Positions 60,777 through 64,000 of a DNA stretch of 64,000 nucleotides are shown in pieces; the first letter of the stretch is position 1, and every line of letters starts with the position of its first letter. A program made the position numbers and the translations under genes. This stretch comes from Bilabrum cf. latius (lineage: Eukaryota): contig OZ237758.1 of NCBI GenBank assembly GCA_965178125.1, positions 558,001 to 622,000 on the forward strand. The letters run 5' to 3'. The notes below the pieces were generated by a model. That model did not search any database, was not told where the DNA came from, and worked only from the letters and a program-made list of their open reading frames with translations.

Positions 60777-62959
60777 TTACTAAGCGGCCTTTCGAATGGC
60801 AAGCGTTCCAACCTTGCTCGCCTCCCTGGCAGCGGCAAGCAAGTCCTCCACGATCTCCTAAGGCTCGCCCTTCGGGGCAGACTGGGCGTACTCCGCTGCA
60901 CTTCTGGCCGCTGCAATTGCCTGATTCAACGCGCCGGACTCGCCCTCCCGAGCACTTGCTCGGGCAAGACGAGCGAGCGCGGCGCGCAGCTGCTCCCTTG
61001 CTCGCTCTGCGACCTCCTCCGCACCCTCGTCGCCCCCAGCCCCCGCACCCGAAGACGCCCCCGAGCTCGTCCCATCACCACCATGCGATGCACCCTTGCC
61101 TCGCAGGAGCACTTCCGCAGTCGCTCGCAAGACAGCTCCAATGCATCGCACCGAAGTCTCGGCTACTTGCAGGCTGACCCCCCCGGCCTCCCACAGGGGT
61201 GTACCCCCCCCACTGCGGGGTACAGCCTCCAGGGCACACGCCGCGAGAGCACCAAGAAGCGGCCATGCACCCGCTACACTGCCATCCCCCGTGGCAGACG
61301 CCTCGCCCGTGCCCGTGCTCGTGCTCGCCTCTCCCGGAGCACTTGCTCCGGTGCTCCCCCCTGCTCCCACGATGGCCGCACACACTGCCAGGCCCCTGGG
61401 CCCGTGCAGCAACCGGAGGAGGCACCTCGCCGCCTTGGAGCGGAGCCTGCCCTTGTCCGGCCAATCGTCAGCGCTCGCAGATGCGCGGCGCCGGTTCCGC
61501 AACAGCATGGCCTGCAGCAGGAGCGGTAGCACGGGCGGGTTGTTCGGAGGCTCGCCCAGCCAGCCCTTGCCCGCCTCCGCTGCCCCGTCCGATCCTGTTT
61601 CTGGTGCTGGTCCTGGCGTTGGTGCAGCCGCCACGGAACTGTCCCCACCTTGTGCGGTTGCAACCGGCTATGTCGCAGATCCGGAGCTAGAGCCCTCCTC
61701 TGTAGCGGACGGGGCCGCAGCTGTGGGGCTGGGGCTTACTATCATCGAGGTGGACACGGAGGTTCCGCTGGCGGGCGGCGCCGCGACAGGAGCCGGTGGA
61801 GAGGTGCCTTCGCTCGTTTTCTGCTCCTCTGCCTCTGCCCCAGGGGCCGGCTTGGCTGTCCCGTCCGGGCTTGTTCCGGGTTTCAGCGGGGCACTTGCCG
61901 CGCCGGGGGCGCCATCGTGCGCGATGGATCGCATCTGCAGCGCCACGTCCTGGGCCGGGGCGAATCCCCCGAGGAGAGAGGACAGAGCGAGCACGCACTT
62001 GGTCGCAACTCTGGCCTCGCCCACCGCTGCTGCGGCGCGGCCCGCCTGTTCAGGAGGAGCGCCAGCGCCAGCACCACCACTATCGGATGTTTCACTTTCA
62101 GCGAATGATTCACTCGTGCGTCGCAATGCGGTGGACAGTCTCCGAAGCACGGCGTGCAGTGCTCCGTTTCTCAAAGCAAGTGCTTGGGCCGGCGGGTGGT
62201 TCTGCACCACAGTAGACAGCGCCTCGCAGGCCCCTGCTGACACGCGGGGTGACGAGTGCGACGTGAGCCGGATCAGAGGGACCATTCCGCCCATGGCTCC
62301 AAGAATCGTGCTGTTGTCGCTGCTCGAGCAGAACATGTTCAGCTCGTCCAGAGCGTCCGCCAGCCGCTCCGGGTCGCTGGCCACGGCAGCCTCCAAATCT
62401 ACCCCCTCAGCAGCGCTTGCCAATTCCGTGTCCGTGCCCGAGCTAGCACTGTCTGCGCTTGATTTGGATTCGCTGGCGGCAGATGCATCGCTGGGGGCTG
62501 CTCGCGGTGCAGGCGGCAGAACTGCACCGTCGCGTCCGACCCTCGCACCCTTTTGCATGAGCGGCGCTACGGGTACGCCAGCTGCCCTTGATATCGTGCG
62601 TGCCAAAGATCGCACCTGCTCAACTTCATCGATCTGCATAGATCGATAGATTGGATGGATGGAAACATGACGAAACACGTGGAACTTGGACACACTCTCA
62701 AGCAAAAGCCAGGAAAGGCACCGATTTCTCTCAGAAATGAACTCACGGTGATTGACTTGATGGCATTCTCCAAAAAATCCTTGTCGGCATCGCTCATCGG
62801 CTTTGGGGGATCCATTGCGTCGCTGCCGCCGGCCGGTCCGGGCAAGTCCCTGATCTCTACACCATCAAGAGCAGATCGGCCAGCTCTGGGATCTCTAGCG
62901 TTGCTAGTGTGCTCAATTGCCCACCGAAAAACGGACAAAAACTTATCGGCATCCGACAT
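60777..62959 (-). CDS. Hsp70 nucleotide-exchange factor FES1/HSPBP1-like ARM protein
   Basis: FRWAIEH, MSDADKDFLENAIKSIT|IDEVEQV, LDELNMFCSSSDNS...MGG, TVVQNHPPAQ, KCVLALSSLL. Intron 62634-62746; TAGs at 61668, 60858 and 60780; stop TAA 60777-60779. Confidence 0.85.
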
Positions 62960-63115
62960 AAGTCTGTGAATTTACAATATGATAGACTTGCACTCGTGGC
63001 TGTTCTTGTTGGTTCCGTTTGGGCAAACTGCGCGGCGCTGGTGACGACGGGTACCCGGACTACTCGTTCCTTGCTGTTACAACGGTACCCACCAAAGGTT
63101 CATAGTGAGCACTTA

Positions 63116-64000
63116 ATGGGGTGTGGTGCATCGAATAGTGCTGCAAGTGGAGGAGCGGCGCTCTCTGAAGCCGATGCAGCGATGCAAGCAGCGCGGGAAG
63201 CTGACAAGAAGCATCATAGAGTATTATTGCTAGGTAAGAAAAGGATATATGTCCATGATATGCCCGCAACATGCATGCAAGATATCTTTGGTCCAAAAGG
63301 TTCCGGAAAATTGTGATTCCATGCACGTCGGATGCTACCGTCGGGTGTGTTCGTTGCATGCCTACTGGCACCAAGTCACAACCTTGTGGTTTGCACTGTT
63401 GCAGGAACGGGGGAAAGCGGAAAGAGCACAATTATAAAGCATGTCTAGATGTAGCTGCTAAAAGTGAGGAGAATATCTGCGTGTTATCTCCACAGTGCCT
63501 CCCAACTGCCGCCAAGGCATCGAAGTCATGACAACGGAATTATTCCCAGCGTCCGCAGGGTGGCATTCCTGAAGCTAGTAAGAGTACTTTCAGGGATGGA
63601 ATACGATAGAACTGTTTAGACTGCATATAGGCGCTTGTGGAAGCTACTGAGTCATTGGAAATAGATATTGAGGACGAAGGCAACGCCAAGCTCGCCGAGG
63701 AGGTGAGTTTGCTCGATTGAGCCACGCCAGGTTCTATTTTCTTGCAAGACAGCTGTGTAAAGAATTTAGGGTCTTTTCAAAAGTCGTTCCGAGTTTTCCT
63801 CTTTCAAAGGTCCCGTTGCGCAGTTGCTAGATGTGACGTTAGACGATTTTGGTCCGGATATTGCAAAGAAAGTCACGTAGCTTTGGCACGATGACGCCAT
63901 CCAGGCGGCGTACGAGCGAAGAAATGAATTTTGGCTGCTGGACGCGTGTCCCTACTACATGGAGCACGCGGAACGCGTGGCCGCCGAGGACTTTGAGCCG
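63116..64000 (+). CDS. Heterotrimeric G-protein alpha subunit, 3'-partial
   Basis: MGCGAS acylation motif, VLLLG|TGESGKSTIIK P-loop, LWHDDAIQAAYERRNEFWLLD..YYM. Introns 63234-63404, 63464-63558 and 63703-63823. TAGs at 63446, 63452, 63607, 63628 and 63878. Confidence 0.95.

Noticed and set aside
3-64000. In-frame TAGs as pseudogenisation or sequencing errors
   Set aside because: Interruptions are only TAG, occur in essential genes with intact motifs and splice sites, come without frameshifts, and are preserved between duplicated copies.
3-64000. Pyrrolysine or programmed readthrough at UAG; ciliate-type UAR=Gln code
   Set aside because: This is a eukaryotic genome with TAGs in unrelated contexts and up to 22 per gene. 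TAA is never internal and terminates four genes, including RPB6 at its conserved end.
3-64000. Transposon, endogenous virophage or tRNA gene (including a suppressor-type tRNA)
   Set aside because: No transposase, integrase, RT or capsid motifs, no long low-GC island or terminal repeats, and no cloverleaf with A/B boxes seen by eye.

Overview
A gene-dense, GC-rich eukaryotic nuclear segment with about 22 protein-coding loci and short GT-AG introns. The gene content and style suggest a heterotrophic protist, possibly a stramenopile such as a bicosoecid, but this is inference only. The main observation is a non-standard nuclear genetic code. TAG occurs in frame in almost every gene (roughly 90 or more cases by hand count, including 22 in one 12.3-kb reading frame with no internal TAA or TGA), while every gene that ends in the window ends in TGA or TAA. 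Conserved positions, above all the GITxxAQxxLGD motif of the glycine cleavage H protein, indicate UAG=Gln with UAA and UGA kept as stops. The fragmented ORF track is therefore an artefact of the standard code. Recognisable genes: CaMK-type kinase, mitochondrial carrier, FCF2, giant coiled-coil protein with a 3,210-bp internal tandem duplication, PPEF-type phosphatase, VARP-like VPS9 protein, GH2 glycosidase, multidomain monothiol glutaredoxin, RPB6, 15-finger C2H2 protein with a minisatellite-like array, RNF10-like protein with a degenerate RING, P5C reductase, MRH-domain membrane protein, GCSH, DYRK1-like kinase, RPL29 (candidate intronic H/ACA snoRNA), FES1/HSPBP1-like protein and a G-protein alpha subunit. 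Exon boundaries were read by hand and need RNA-seq confirmation.
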